Below are positions 41,771 through 55,320 of a stretch of DNA of 64,000 nt, piece after piece (position 1 is the stretch's first letter; each line of letters begins with the position of its first letter). Made by a program: the position numbers and the translations under genes. Origin of the DNA: Priapulus caudatus (taxonomy: Eukaryota); the NCBI RefSeq assembly GCF_000485595.1, contig NW_014577070.1:10218-74217 (forward strand), written 5' to 3'. Below the pieces are notes generated by a model. That model did no database searches, was not told where the DNA came from, and saw only the letters and a program-made list of their open reading frames with translations.

Positions 41771-43320
41771 CTAGCACGATGGCGAGCGTCTTCGTCGCGC
41801 TTCTTCTCTTTCTTCGCCGCCAGCTTGTCCTTGCGCTTCTTGCTTACGGGAACGCCTTGGTTTGCCGAAGCTGAACTGCGTGGACGTTGCGCGCGGCACA
41901 GCGAGCACTTCTTGCTGCTCCACCTTGCCGACGTCGTTCCATTGTTCTTGACGACAGCGGCCCGGCCGCGTCGACTGTCGTTGGTTATATCTCCGCACTA
42001 CCGTTGCCCGTGAGAATATTACACTACTAAAGAGCATGTATGTGTTTAATCTCCCGGGCTAACGTTACCAGGAAAGTACACTACTAAAGATCTTGTCGTG
42101 CTATCTGAGGCTGGGGCCCACTTCCGGGTGCGTCTTCGGCGGCTGTTGTTTATCTGAACCACGAAACTACGGCTTCGCGCGCCAGGAACCCCTTATGCGC
42201 CGCGGTTTGATACTAAAACATCGTATGTGGTTCGTGAGTGTAGTAGTCCGCGGTGATCGGTTCCACGTACAGGCGTTGATATCCTACACTTATAACCATG
42301 GCGCGCGCACCTATTTCTGTCGTGCTCGACTTCTCAACGTATCCCTTCGTCCCGACCACCCCCCCCTTTACGGGTCCGGTACCAGGGAAGTATCCTAGCG
42401 CACTACGAACAAGCATGTACTTGGATGGCTTCACTTCCCTCGGCCCTACAGTCGGAGTCCTAGCGCCGAGGGCACCGTATTCATTACGGCAGCAGTGTAA
42501 ACCTATGTTATCGTGTCTCTTGGATTCATATCTGCCCTGGACGACTGAACCCGCGGCCTGTTCTTCGCACGCGTCGGCAGAGACATACTCGTGGTGCCAC
42601 ATATGTCCCACACGGTGCAAACATGATGGGCGGCCCGGTCCGTTCTACTACTCCGTCCCTTCTGCCTACAGCGGTCTACCCAAGGGAGCACACCGTAATT
42701 ATGCCGGGCAACGAATACGTCGGTTAAACACATGGTGATAGCTGTCGTCGGTCGCTCGACTCGTTGCGGTTCTCGTCGTACTCGTCCGGCACACGGCTTC
42801 GTCCGGCTTGTGTATATATCCTCCCCCTACGTATATGAGAAATATTACACTAGCTAAATCACTGTAGTGTGTTTATATGATCTCCCCCTACGTCTAGCAA
42901 GGAATAATACGTCTACTCCAAGAGACATGTGACCGTGCCTCGTGTACCGGGTGGATTCTAATTCTTCCCGGCTAACTGCGCTGTCTTGTGCAGGAACTTC
43001 ACTGCGTGACACCGTGATTTGTCGCGGATAGATCGACCCTCCGCGAATGTATCCGACTGGCGTGTAATTTTTGAGTAGTCTGCCCCTGGCGGCGAGCCCC
43101 ACGTTACCTTAACGGCGTCGGAGGGTTCGCTATACTGTTCTGAGCCGACCTAGCCTGAAAAATTCGATTGATCATCGTCAAGCCGTGACGGCCGTGTTTC
43201 TCGATCGTGCCGGCGGTTGCGCGACATGCGGATTGCGCTTCGCGCTTGTTCGCGGCTGACTCTGTCCAGGCGCGCGTGTCACCTCTCGCTGCGGGGCGCT
43301 CTGCGAATCACCTGGAGATT
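41771..43320 (-). pseudogene. Second, garbled copy of the large receptor exon (probably assembly duplicate or chimeric consensus)
   Basis: 41771-41850 reads SKKRKDKLAAKKEKK(A)TKTLAIVL-G|gtaggt. 43190-43320 matches 34605-34700. The intervening sequence is scrambled and contains inverted fragments of the 55-bp minisatellite (~42010-42090). Confidence 0.6.
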
Positions 43321-43712
43321 GGCGCTGTGTTATATATAAATCCCCCGTCTAGTGTGGAGGGTAAAGAGATTAACTCAACTGCGCGGCGTATACACGTAGT
43401 ATCACCTCTCCACCATGTCGTAGATGCAGGGAGCCCCAGCTGAGCGGCGTGACAGACCTGCACGCAGCAAGCTAGCCGACTCACGGAGGACAGGGACAGA
43501 CGCACAAATACCTGCAGAAACAAGGCTACGAGCAGGTGAGCCTGCGGCGACCATATATAATTATATGTATATATGTATATTATATACTGTATATCATTAT
43601 AATTACTATAATCATTTTATTGCGGCGGATTATAATAATCATTCAGGCGAAACGGGTTAGACACTCTTCTACTAGCGTGTGAATAGCTATAGAGAGTGAG
43701 CTCGATGTATAC

Positions 43713-43825
43713 CTGTCTACGCTGATCGCCGCTAGGTTGAAAATCGAAGACGTGCTAGCTGTTACGTCCATCGCAGTATAAATGTCGCACGCAGCAACGC
43801 CCAGCTCCCAGATGCCCATCTTGAT
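43713..43825 (-). CDS. Dop2R: D2-like dopamine receptor, ECL1-TM3 exon
   Basis: Translates as IKMGIWELGVAACDIYTAMDVTASTSSIFNLAAISVDR, with the aminergic TM3 Asp and the DR of DRY. Acceptor ctcatttcgttgcag|ATC, donor GAC AG|gtatac. 113 bp, phase 0 to phase 2. Confidence 0.9.
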
Positions 43826-43947
43826 CTGCAACGAAATGAGCAGGCGGACATGAGTTTTCTAGCTACGACGGAAGCACCTCAATATAGCGTATCTATAGTA
43901 TTACGAAACTACGCGTGAAAGCCACTTTAAAGCTTGGTTAATTACAC

Positions 43948-44153
43948 TACCGACTTTATGTTGGCGAATTGGCTAGTTGGACCAACTTCCCAATTCGCCA
44001 ACTCCGAGTTGGCAAAAATAGAACATGTTCTAATCTCCCAACTAGTTGTTATCGGTCGGTTGGTCGTACAATTTTGGCGTTCACACTGCATATTGTCGGT
44101 TGTATAGTTGGGAAGTTGATCCAATTCGCCAATTCGCCAACACAAAGTCGGTA
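43948..44153. mobile_element. MITE with ~46-bp TIRs in a receptor intron
   Basis: taccgactttatgttggcgaattggctagttggaccaacttcccaa pairs with the reverse complement of 44108-44153. Confidence 0.75.
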
Positions 44154-45150
44154 TAGGGTAAACCCAGCGTTAATCAGACATGCGCGTGTTTGCAGGTCTG
44201 ACGCCCTACGTTCAGTGTAGTAGTGTACCATAGTATACATCCCCTTATGACAAACATCCCAGTCTATATCGTGCGTGGGGATTGGCACGCATGTCTAGTA
44301 GTGAGACGAGTCACAACTATGAGTCGGATTTGACCTGTATTGACCATGCCCATGTCGGGACCCAATCCATGTAGATGGGAACGCGGAATGATTGCCGTAA
44401 CGGGATGCATGCCTTGCTACGTAAGGCGTCTACATCCAGGCGCCTAGCTCGGCGCCTTAATAGTAGTCCAGCAGATTAAGTCAATATATTTTGGGAGAAT
44501 CTGTCAAATTGCGAGACAAGCACCAAAATTGGTATGAATACTCCTCTGGGACTACTATTTTTAAAAAGCCCGTTAGCTACTTAAAAATTCAAGATGGCCG
44601 CCATTTTTTAAGATGGCCACCATTCCTGAAACAAAATTACTATTTTTGCCATAAAATTTGACAGAATAGTCCGATTTGAATGATCTTAGCATCAAATCAT
44701 ATATTCTTGACTACAAGGAAGCTGAATATAAGCGCAGTTCCCCACTATCCCCTGGTCGCGTGCCGATTTTCCATCACTAATTGATAATGGCAGCGTAACA
44801 AAACCTCGTGAAACTAAAAACTTCCGAAACGCACGCGAGCTGATATTATACTAGAAAAAAACACTCCTTCTTTCATTGTACGTCAGAATGAATTAATAAC
44901 GTTGAATGGAATGAGGAGGGATATAGGAGCTATGAAGTTGGGAGTGAGACTGATGAGAAATAAAAGCTAAGGAGGAATATCGAACGAGTAAAATGGATCG
45001 GGAAGGGCAAGATAGTTGTTTTGTACTGACCATGTATAACCACTATTGGGAAGCATAGAGAGAAGAAAGGTTTTGAACTGCATTCGCCCCGTGTTTGCAA
45101 GGCTCGTCGACAACACACTGACATCGCCTCGCGCGGGGGGAGGTGATGGC

Positions 45151-45761
45151 CCGGGGGGTGGGTACCCCGCACAGTGACGTACATATATATATATGCGCCG
45201 CATTATTGCCCCCCCCCCATTTTTCCTTGCCATCTTTTTGTGCCCCACATTTTTTCCTAGCCATTTTTTTGCCCCCCAATCTTTCCCTTGCCATCTTTGT
45301 GCCCCCAATTTTTCCCTTGTCATCTTTTTACCTCTGCCAGGGGCATGGCGGGGGTTATGTTTTCACCGGCGAGTTTTTGAGTGTTGTTTTGTGTGTTTGT
45401 GTGTTACCATGCACGTTTCAGTTCACTTCCGCTAGGTGCGCTGGCTGTAGACTTACAAACACGCAACCACAGGCTAAGGGGCAACCACAGTCCTCCCCAC
45501 CTGCCACGCTCGCACTAATCCGGATCCACATTAATAAAAAATTTCACATTGAGAAAATTCCAGGCTGCCTTGGCGGAGGTCTGTGCTCTCCGAGTGCTCT
45601 AGTTGCCCTATGTTTTTACCATCGAGCCATTTTTTTGCCCCATGTTTTTACCATCGAGCCATCTTTTTACCCCATGTTTTCACTGTCGAGCCATGTTTTT
45701 GCCCTCTTTTCCCATTTAGGTGGAGCACCCTATCCCCCAAAAAAGTGAGTACCCCCCCCGG
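45151..45761. mobile_element. Unclassified TIR element hosting the HINE
   Basis: Ends ccggggggtgggtac / gtaccccccccgg. Internal ~30-bp repeats (ttttccttgccatctttttgtgcccc; ccatgtttttaccatcgagc). Confidence 0.5.
45325..45604 (+). mobile_element. Helentron-associated non-autonomous element (HINE/DINE-1-like)
   Basis: 5' tttttacctctgccagg with subterminal inverted repeat ccttggcggaggt, 3' hairpin gtgctctccgagtgc, terminal ctagtt, T-run insertion site. Confidence 0.75.
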
Positions 45762-46339
45762 TGGGGGGTGGGGGGTGGGTGATGGGGCGGGCGGCACCGC
45801 GGTTGACGCCCCTCCATGTCTCAAACGTAACACAGCAGATCTACCTCAACACTCGCCGCCATGTTTGGCTCGCTTTCGCCCGCGATACTATTATCGCGTT
45901 CACACATAGTTTGGCTCAAGCTAAATGGGCTAAATTTGGCTTAGGCAAAATTTGGCTCGGGCCGGTTCGAGTCGGAGCGTTCACACGTACGTAAGTGNNN
46001 NNNNNNNNNNNNNNNNNNNNNNNNNNNNNNNNNNNNNNNNNNNNNNNNNNNNNNNNNNNNNNNNNNNNNNNNNNNNNNNNNNNNNNNNNNNNNNNNNNNN
46101 NNNNNNNNNNNNNNNNNNNNNNNNNNNNNNNNNNNNNNNNNNNNNNNNNNNNNNNNNNNNNNNNNNNNNNNNNNNNNNCATGAGTTCCGGCAGTAAATCA
46201 GAAGGAGTATTGTGACTCCTGACTCGCGTTAAATTCCGCACCTTGTATGAGTATAATTTCGTTACGCGGGGTGTAATGCATCGAACGCTGCCTGCAATTG
46301 CCCATTCTGCGCTAGCAAGGCACGAATGGTATTATAGTC

Positions 46340-47200
46340 GAACACCTAATATAATATATATACCTATATATACAACCTATAAAACCTATATATACCTATT
46401 AATAGCACCTATACCTATATAATACCTATTAAAACAACCTAATACCCTATATATTATATAGCAGGGCTATACTATATATACCGTATTATAATACACCCTA
46501 TACCTATATATACCTATTATATACACCCTATAACTATATATTTTATATACACTATACCTTAATATAAACACCTATTATATTATATACAGCTATACCTAAT
46601 ATATACCTATAAATAGTACACCTATACCTATAAACATACTACCTATTAGTATTCATATACACCCTATACCATATATATAGCCTATTATATACACGTATAC
46701 GCTATATATAGCCTATTATAATACACCTTAATATCTATAAGTATACCTATTATATACACCTATACCGTATATATATAATACAGCTATACCTTATAATATA
46801 CACTATTAATACACGCTATACCTATATATACCTATATATTATATACACCTATACCTATATATATCTATATATTATATACACCTATACCTATATATATACC
46901 TATATATTATATACACCTATACCTATATATACCTATATATTATATACACCTATACCTATATATTATATACACCTATACCTATATATACCTATATATTATA
47001 TACACCTATACCTATATATATACCTATATATTATATACACCTATACCTATATATACCTATATATTATATACACATATACCTATATATACCTATATATACC
47101 TATATATACCTATATATACCTATATATACCTATATATACCTATATATACCTATACCTATATATACCTATATATTATATACACCTATTACATACACCTATT
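46340..47200. repeat. AT-rich minisatellite
   Basis: Repeated tatattatatacacctatacctatatatacc and (tatatatacc)n. Confidence 0.9.
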
Positions 47201-48149
47201 ATATTAACTCGCACCGCTGCCGTCGATACCATTAACGAAAGTCATCAACTTTTTTACTCGTGCCAAATGTTTGGCGGCGTGTTTTGTCACTTTCGTTATT
47301 ATCAGGCGGCTGAGTGCGCCGATCGCAAATATTCGGTCGCGTTCCGACGGCTCTATGGAGATGAACTCTGCACAGCTCTATTTCATTTAGCTGGATCTGA
47401 TGAATGTAATTGTAAAGGTTTGATTATTTTCTAAGGGTATCGTGCCACTGCAATGTACGTTTATTGCAAAACGCACACATTCGCAGTTCAGCAGCCATTA
47501 GTATACATTACCCCCACAGCTACTAGAAGCACGATTTAAGTAGTTATACTGTTTCAATGCCTGTATTTATGTCACTTGTTAGCTAATAAGAAGCTTCGAT
47601 AATCAGGAAATGTGTAATCACCATGCTATATATAATTATGATCAGGAGTACATAATATAGATTAATTATGTACTCTCAGAGAGTATCTCAGAGATTATCT
47701 ACTCTTAGAGATCATCTATCTCTATTGTGTACTCTTGATATGATACCACGAGCCATTACCCCTATTGTATTTTCCAGCACGATTACCATGTCGTGTGAAG
47801 TATTGTTTACGCCACCGTACGCCGCACCGTAAGATATTGTTTCCCCGCATTTTCAGGCACTGTTACCAGCGCTCTAAAGTTGACCTACAAGCTTTGCAAT
47901 TAGCTTTGTTAGCCGGCACACGCTGCATGCGCCGTTATCAGCGTTCGTTGAGGTATTGTTCGCTGTAATCACCGACTGCTGAATCCAGCCGAACATTCCC
48001 TGCTTCTATGAAGATTTACGGCGGCCGATTAATTGAAAGGATGAATAAACTCGGTAATAATGGACGAGACAACAAGGCTCGGGCACTAATGAGTTCAGCA
48101 GATTCCGTGCACTGAGTTAAGCGCTCCGACCGCTAGCCGTCACCACCAG

Positions 48150-49000
48150 CCCCGACACAATCACCCCCAACCCCACAGCCGCCACAATCACCCCCAACCC
48201 ACAGCCGCCACAATCACCCCCAACCCACAGCCGCCATATCATTCCCAACCCAACAATCACCGCGCAACCCCACAGCCGCCACAATCACCCCCGACCCACA
48301 GCCGCCACAATCACCCAACCCCACAGCCGCCAACAAATCAACCCGCCAACCCAACAAGCCGCCAATAATATCCAACCCCACAATCACCCCCAACCCCACA
48401 GCCCGCCACATATCACCCCAACCCCACAGCCGCCCACAATCACCCCAACCCCAACAGCCGCCACAATCACCCCCCAACCCCATCAGCCGCCACAATTCAT
48501 CGCACAACCCACACAGCCAGCCACAATCATCCCCCCAACCCCACAGCCGCCACAATCCACCCCAACCCCAACAGCCGCCACAATCATCCCAACACCGCAC
48601 AGCCGCCACAATCACCCCACGCCCACAGCCGCCACACTCAACCCCCAACCCCACATTAGCCCCAACCCCACAAACCGCCAACCAAATCATCCCCAACACC
48701 CACAGCCGCCACAATTACCCGCACCCACTACGCCACAATCACCCCACCCGACAAATCAACCCCCAACCCACAGCCGACCGACAATCATCCCCAACCCCAC
48801 AATCACCGACCCAACGCCACAGCCGCCCGACAACACCCAACACCCACAGCCGCCACAATCCACCCCCACCCCACAGCGCCACAATCACCGCCCAACCACC
48901 ACAGCCGCCACAATCAATCCCCCAACCCCACACCTGCCACAATCACCCCAACTCCACAGCCGCCACAATCACCCCAACCCCACATCATCCCCCAACACAA
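48150..49000. repeat. 27-bp C-rich minisatellite (short version at 62870-62960)
   Basis: Unit cccaaccccacagccgccacaatcacc. Confidence 0.92.
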
Positions 49001-49106
49001 CCACCGCCACGCCACCAGCATCACCGAACACCGACCGCCAGCAGCGCCGCATCCGCCTCTTGCTCCACCACAACCACCTAAACCACTAACACCATCATCG
49101 AATCAT

Positions 49107-49300
49107 TGTTCAAATCTTATTAGTTGATAGGAGTTTAATTATGCAGAGACATAATAGCAGATAAGAGTGAGAATGAAACTAAACTGTAAACTCCATTTAA
49201 TTACGCAAAGCCCGAGAGATGTCTAATTGTAGTCGATATAACGGATCCTCATAACTTAGCCAGATCAACTGCTACGCAATGAGCGCTATATATTGTTACA
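49107..49300 (-). repeat. 3' LTR of the Gypsy element
   Basis: 194-bp direct repeat of 54006-54199 with tgttcaaatc...tattgttaca ends. Confidence 0.88.
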
Positions 49301-52300
49301 TCCTATTCTGCCTTTACTAAAAGAACAAACTTTAAAATAATTACCGTTGACCATTACTCAACAACAAACATTACAGAGTCTCGACAAGAAAATCTTCGTT
49401 GACGCGATTTCTATAAACCGAAGTATAAGTATACCCTTCATCTTGAAGTACATTAAATAAATCAGTCTGCACTGCTTTCAAACCTGTCTGACTCATCTTA
49501 AACACAACTTTCTTAGTAAGAACTGAATCTCGAATAACTTGTCATGTTGCAACTTTGCAATAATGATGGTTCATCCCTAGCACTAGTACCTTTCACAGAT
49601 TAAGTTGACTGGTTTGTAAAACCTTCCTGCCACATCTCGACACAACCACTGGAGGTGCGTGTCGATGTCTTCAACTCCAGGTGCGTCTTTTGGGAGGACT
49701 GCCTGCGATTATTGCTGTCACATCGCAGTGATGGCATCGGCAGTCCTTGGCGAACTCGGGAATTGCATCCGAGTGTGTCACCGGAATGTCCTCATACTCC
49801 TGCAGCATCCCGTACTGCTTGTCCTCTGGCCGATTTCCGTAGATGACGTCGGTTTACCCGCTCGTCAAATCGCTTCCGGATTCCGTTCGACGTTGTACGA
49901 TCGTGTGGACACCTCTTGTTGTACTGTACCTTGTTTCGCACTCTTCTGTCCTGCGAAGGTGGCAATACGAAAAAGTGTCACACACCGTGAGCGGTTCTAG
50001 GTTTCTTGCGCCACGATTGTAATAGAGCGCCTGTTTCTCCTTAATGCGCCTTCTAGTTGACGAGAACACAGATTTCGAATCTGTGTTTTAGTAGAGTTTG
50101 GCCTTCATTGGCCTGTAGCGTTGAGGCGACGGTTCATCTAACCGTTGAGCTGGACTGCTGTCCATAGACTGCGACGGGGGTAATTGCGGAAAAGTCTAAG
50201 AAGCGCCAAAGTAAAGGATCAGTTTGAAAACCTTGCTAGGTTGGCATAAGTCGTTTGGGTGTGCTTCACAGCCTGTTCCGCCTTCTCATTGCTTTTGCGG
50301 GTAGCCTGGAGATGATTCACATGACAAATCCCATTCTCCTCGCGAATCTTGCGAAATTCCTCCGCACTGAATTGTGGGCCGTTGTCGCTAATTACCGTGT
50401 TCGGTACAACCGTGCGTGCAAACTGAGCACGCAACTTTACTATCACGTCGACGGAACTTCGTATCTGGAGATAGTCAACTTCCCAGAAAGTTTGAGAAAT
50501 AGTCGCACGGTTATGAGGTAGTTTTTCTCATGTAATGCTGAAAAATCACACGCCGACGCTTTGACCACGGTTGGTTCGGTATGTCATGGGAAATGGAGAG
50601 TTTCCTTCTGCTGAATTGTTTTCGTAGGTCCGACAAGCTCTCACATCCGACTGATGTACTCGCGAATCTCAGCAATTCATGTGGGCCAAATATACAAGTT
50701 TCACGGGCCCCTTCGAGACACGGCCTTCGATGCCCGCGTGAGGACGAGTGAATTCTTGAGTTTATGTCGAATGCAGTTGACTTGGTAATCACTACGCGTT
50801 CGCCTCGAATACAACTCCACCTGCAACTACGAGTTCATCTCGTAACGTGTAGTAGGGTTGACCTCCTAGCAAGTCATAGAGTATTTTTCCGGGGCACCGG
50901 GTGCCTCCGGCCAGCCATGTAGGATCACCCCATCCTGTAGTGTTTCAGAGTCCATCATCCTTGCTTGTCTCCCGTTGGACTCTTGTAGACGTGCGCATCC
51001 GTGATTGGATATGTCTTTGAGTCCATGTTAGGTCTTCGTAAGTCAGAGGAGAGTTCTGATCCCCAGTTGAAGCATCTTTGTCTACCAAAGAAAGCGCGAT
51101 CTGAGAGTGTCCCGCTAGGTACATTGACTTTTCCAGGTGATACATTTACTGTGTACGTGTAGCGCTCTGTAAACGTAGCAGCAATTCGCTGTAAAACGCT
51201 TCGGAGGCGGAAGTGAAGAGAACTTCTTAGCGATCAATTTCGAGAGGTTTAGTGATCACCTCTGGACGGTGGACCTTGGCCTACCGTACGTGTAGTGGTT
51301 GAAATCTCTCGCAGTCCGAACACCACTGCAAGGAGTTCTTTCTCTATTTGGCCGCAAGCGCGTTTCTAACATCTGTGAGTCGGCTCGATTTGCGAATAGC
51401 AACGCTGGTGACCATTATTTGAAGGATGAGCGCTCCCAGTCCTTTTCCGATGCATCACAATTGTAGAGTCACTTCTTCCTTTGCATTAAAGTAACGCAGT
51501 ATGGTTGCGAAGTCACCAAGTCGTTTATCTCGCGCACCGCTTGAGTGTGTTTCCAGCCAGCACCACTCACATGTCTTTGCTGTGTAGCTCCTTAGTTTCA
51601 CACTGGTCACTCAGTCCGAGGTAAGAACTTACTCAGGGTACGTCAGCAAATCCAATGAATGGACGCACCAGCGCAGCAACATTCTGTCGGTCTCCGGCAT
51701 CTCTGTGACTGCTTTCATCCTTCGCCGGATCTGGAACTTGAGAACCTTTAAGCTGTGATTAGGTGACCGTGAAGCGAACTTCTTCTGTCGAACGTCGGAG
51801 TTTGCCCCTTAATTGAGCTTCACCGCATCGCACGACACCTTCGCAAGTAGATCCTCAGTTTAACGTCATGATCTGCGATGGCTTCCTTCTCAGAGTCCCC
51901 TCGCCATAGACCAAGATGTCGTCGCACAATACTGTGGCGACGAGCCAGGCAGACCTCAACAGCGCTGGTCCTGCCCTTCGCTGGTATTGCTTCGGTGCTG
52001 ATGAAATACCGAACGAGCAACGGAAGCGCAGCGATATCTCCCAAAATTGGAGGTAAATGCAGGAGTAGCGAGCTCTCGTTGTCTAGTTCTACGTGCCAGA
52101 ATCCATCTTTGCGTCCAATACGCTGAAACACTTTGGCATTCGGTTGGTAAGCTCGGCAAGATCTCCTCGATATCGGAAGAGGATAGTCGACTTCTCTTTA
52201 GTGCCTTGTTCAGTCTTTAGGTCTATGCAAATACGGAGCTTCCTCCGGTTTCACTACCGTCACCATACTTGACACCCATCGCAGTAGGTTCGGTCACAGG

Positions 52301-53993
52301 AGCTATGGACATCCATGCTCTCGAGCTTGTCCAGTTCATCTTCAGCCGATCCTTTATCCGCAATAGGGACGCTTTCCTAGGAGGATGTACGACCGGAAAT
52401 TACATCAGGGTCGACACTCAGGTGTAATGTCCCTTTAAATCTTCCGTAGCCCGTTGAAGACCATCCGCGAACTGCTTACAATGTCTGACGACGTGTGAGG
52501 TTCAAGGTACATCTCTAACACTAAGAATGTTTGATGCGCTGTACTGTAACAAGGTTCATATTCTGTATCAGCACTTCCCCAGGATCAGAGGTGTGGGCAC
52601 TTTTCATTCACGCACCACAAAGTTGCTGTGTGTACTGATCATTCTGGGTTATGTATCCTAGTAGAGGCATTTCCCATTGGAGTATACAGTGGTCCCTGTT
52701 GAACATTCTGAGGATGTTCCTCGTGTAGGTCCTCTCATTTCTGCATTTCGTGGTACAAGTCCTTCGGTATAATATTACACGTTGCCACCACTGTCCACAT
52801 TGATACGTTAACGAGGCCGTCGACGACCACCACAGTCCCAAGGCTGCAAAGATTTCTCCTGACGCCCCCCGCACAGAATTACAGGTTTCGTCTGATCTTT
52901 GCGAGGTTGTTCATGAGGAACAACGAGGAGCTCATGATAATTCTCCACATCGTAAATCATCCGTGACTCACGTTGATATGCTGTCCTCGCACTTTACTAT
53001 TCAGGCGAGGCTGGTTCTCCCCTTGTGGCAACTTTCACAATTTTGCTCGAAGTGGTTCGGTTTGTGGCCATATTTCTGCCAGATTTTGCCATACGCAGGA
53101 CATAGCTCTCGTTTAGTACATGTGTCTTGGCCACATGTACAAACATTCTCTAGCGTGTTGGTTCTTCTCTTGTGAGGGTGTCCTTTCTAAGCCTTTGAGT
53201 CGGACAGCGGTACAACCTTCCTTTTGTGTATACCTCACTTGTGTACTTCCTGCCTCTGCAAGATGCACCTCCATCTAACAGTGCGTACATTTTGTTTCGT
53301 GAGCATCTGCTGCTCTATGCTAGCTCAATACGTTATCCAGTGTTAGCTCAGGATTCTCAATAGCCTTCTTCAGATGCTGTCTTGTACAACCGAGCTATAC
53401 CAGTGTTATGGCTCGCACTAAGGAGTCAGCTAGATCCCCAAGTATGCACGTTTGATGATAGCGTCTTCAACATCGGTGATAACATTTCTCAAGTGTTTTC
53501 GTCACCTTGTACATCGCATAATTAATACTTGAAACGCTCTAATAGTCTCGTTTTCTTCGGTTGACAGTACGTGTCAATTGTCGGAGAAAACAATTTCTAT
53601 CGTTCTGTCTTCCTCCTCCTGCTGCGCATCTCTGTGTCGTGTAAATTTCCGCGACTTCAGGGCTATGCAGGTATTTCAGCGTTTTTATTTTCTCATCTTC
53701 CGTGTTCCTTGAGTGGGCTAGTTCAGCATACAGTACAAACTCTTCCCTCCACTTCTTCCAGTCATTCGCAAGACTGGCGCCCGGTCTTAGAATTAAAATT
53801 CTAACTTCGAAGGTGAGGAGAGCGTTCAGAGCCTAATAGCTACAAGTACTTGGCCACCAGTCTACTGTAGTCCTTTGTTCAGGAATCACGAGGCTGTCCG
53901 AGTTGGAGCACTCCGGAATTTCACGTCGAATTGTCACGGAACTCTTACAGTTCAAAGCTCCGCACTGATGACTGTGTCCACGTTCAGGCATGG

Positions 53994-54005
53994 CTTCTGA
54001 CACCA
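53994..54005 (-). promoter_or_regulatory. Primer-binding site (tRNA-Leu type)
   Basis: TGGTGTCAGAAG directly follows the 5' LTR on -. TGG is the complement of the tRNA CCA end. The Leu assignment is from recall of tRNA-Leu 3' ends. Confidence 0.75.
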
Positions 54006-54199
54006 TGTTCAAATCTTTAGTTAATGAGGAGTGTAATTATGCAGAGACATAATAGCAGATTAAGAGGAGAATGAAACTAACTGTAAACTCGCATTTATTA
54101 CCACGCCGAGAGAAATGTTCTATTGTATCCATATAACGGATTCTCTAAACTTTTTAGCCAGAGTCAACGCGTACGCATTGAGCGCTATATATTGTTACA
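54006..54199 (-). repeat. 5' LTR of the Gypsy element
   Basis: Direct repeat of 49107-49300, immediately adjacent to the PBS. Confidence 0.88.
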
Positions 54200-54254
54200 A
54201 AGCAATCATCATACATCATTCATTCATCATCACATCAGTCATCATCATGCACGC

Positions 54255-55320
54255 TAAGCTACGATGGTCCGTGATCGCGGAATTATTGTTAATTTCTTTG
54301 TAGCAGATTGTTTTGAGGCTGGTCCTCAATAAATGAAGGGTAAGCGAAAGGTTATCATCAGAATTGCTCCACGTTCGTTCATACGACTTATATTTACATT
54401 GCAGAGACCAGAATACAACCAGCATTTCGGAGCAACCAGTGGGTAGTCTGGTCTCAGGCTACGTTGCCCATGTTTACATGGAAGGCTTTAAAACGAAAAG
54501 CTATTTGAGACAGACCTATTTGATCTCAAACGCCAAATGGTGGGTGCGCTACGTAAGATGAAACTTTGGGAAATTACACAATCTGGTAGGAGTCCAAGTT
54601 GGACACAACACTATAACCAGCATGGACATTACTAACATACATCAAATTTACAGGCACGAGAAAGAATCTGATCAATAAATTACGTTCCCGCGATACACAT
54701 TATTCAATAACGAAAGAATGGTTCGGTTAAAACTGACTATTTACGTAAAAGTCCACACGGATCAGTAAATTATTTTAAACTTTCCGTCAATCCATAAACT
54801 ATCTGTGGTACGGACGCTTACCTAGTGATCGTAAAGATAAGCTCGTAACCGGAGAGTAAGACCAGGAAGCCGAGCTGCGCCACTTAAAGGACCGGTTAGA
54901 TCGTTGGAGACCATAAAGAAATACAATTAGTAGCACACGAAGAACAAAACGATATGCGCGCAACGTTACGTGACTGTGTTCAACAAGATACCGTGTGCCG
55001 ATGTGCGAAAAAAGTTACATTGGAGAAACGGGCCGTACATTTGAAACCCGCCTAAAAGAGCACAAAAAAGGACGTGGAATACCGTAGCTCCCGAATCATT
55101 TTGAGGAACCAGCGAAACACAGGAAACTACCGGAAATAAATACAATACCGCGAATTCAATGGACCGATGTAGCCGGACCGGCCAATCACGACAATTGATT
55201 GAGATAGGATTCGATAAGTTATCGATCGTGAGCCAATTAAGAATCAGGCGGTTGGGATTAAGGAAAGGCTATCTGATTCGCAGATCCCAAGACGATTAGC
55301 AAGCTACGTTTTGGAAACTT
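54255..55320 (+). mobile_element. Second, indel-rich copy of the same Penelope-like fragment
   Basis: Colinear with 63117-64000, sharing e.g. gggtagtctggtctcag, aaatggtgggtgcgctacgta and tacattggagaaacgggccgta. Confidence 0.85.

Larger units (their letters stand above)
49107..54199 (-). mobile_element. Ty3/Gypsy LTR retrotransposon (Mag-like), full length ~5.1 kb
   Basis: Two TGT...ACA LTRs (49107-49300 and 54006-54199). PBS TGGTGTCAGAAG on - at 53994-54005, and a purine-rich tract on - next to 49301. Frameshifted domains in Gypsy order on -: gag Zn knuckles (~53030-53150, CPAYGKI...KPNHF..NC), RT (KDGFWHVELDNESSLL, DDILVYG; ~51820-52400), RNase H (IEKELLAVVFGL; ~51280-51480), integrase (VPNTVISDNGPQFSAEEF, KAEQAVK; 50219-50446). 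Confidence 0.92.

Noticed and set aside
42093..43102. Several 76-146-aa ORFs
   Set aside because: They lie in scrambled consensus sequence and have no motifs.
44490..44720. aaaattcaagatggccgcc (YY1-like) segment as a promoter
   Set aside because: This motif is common in DNA-transposon subterminal regions, and I could not define boundaries or a linked transcription start.
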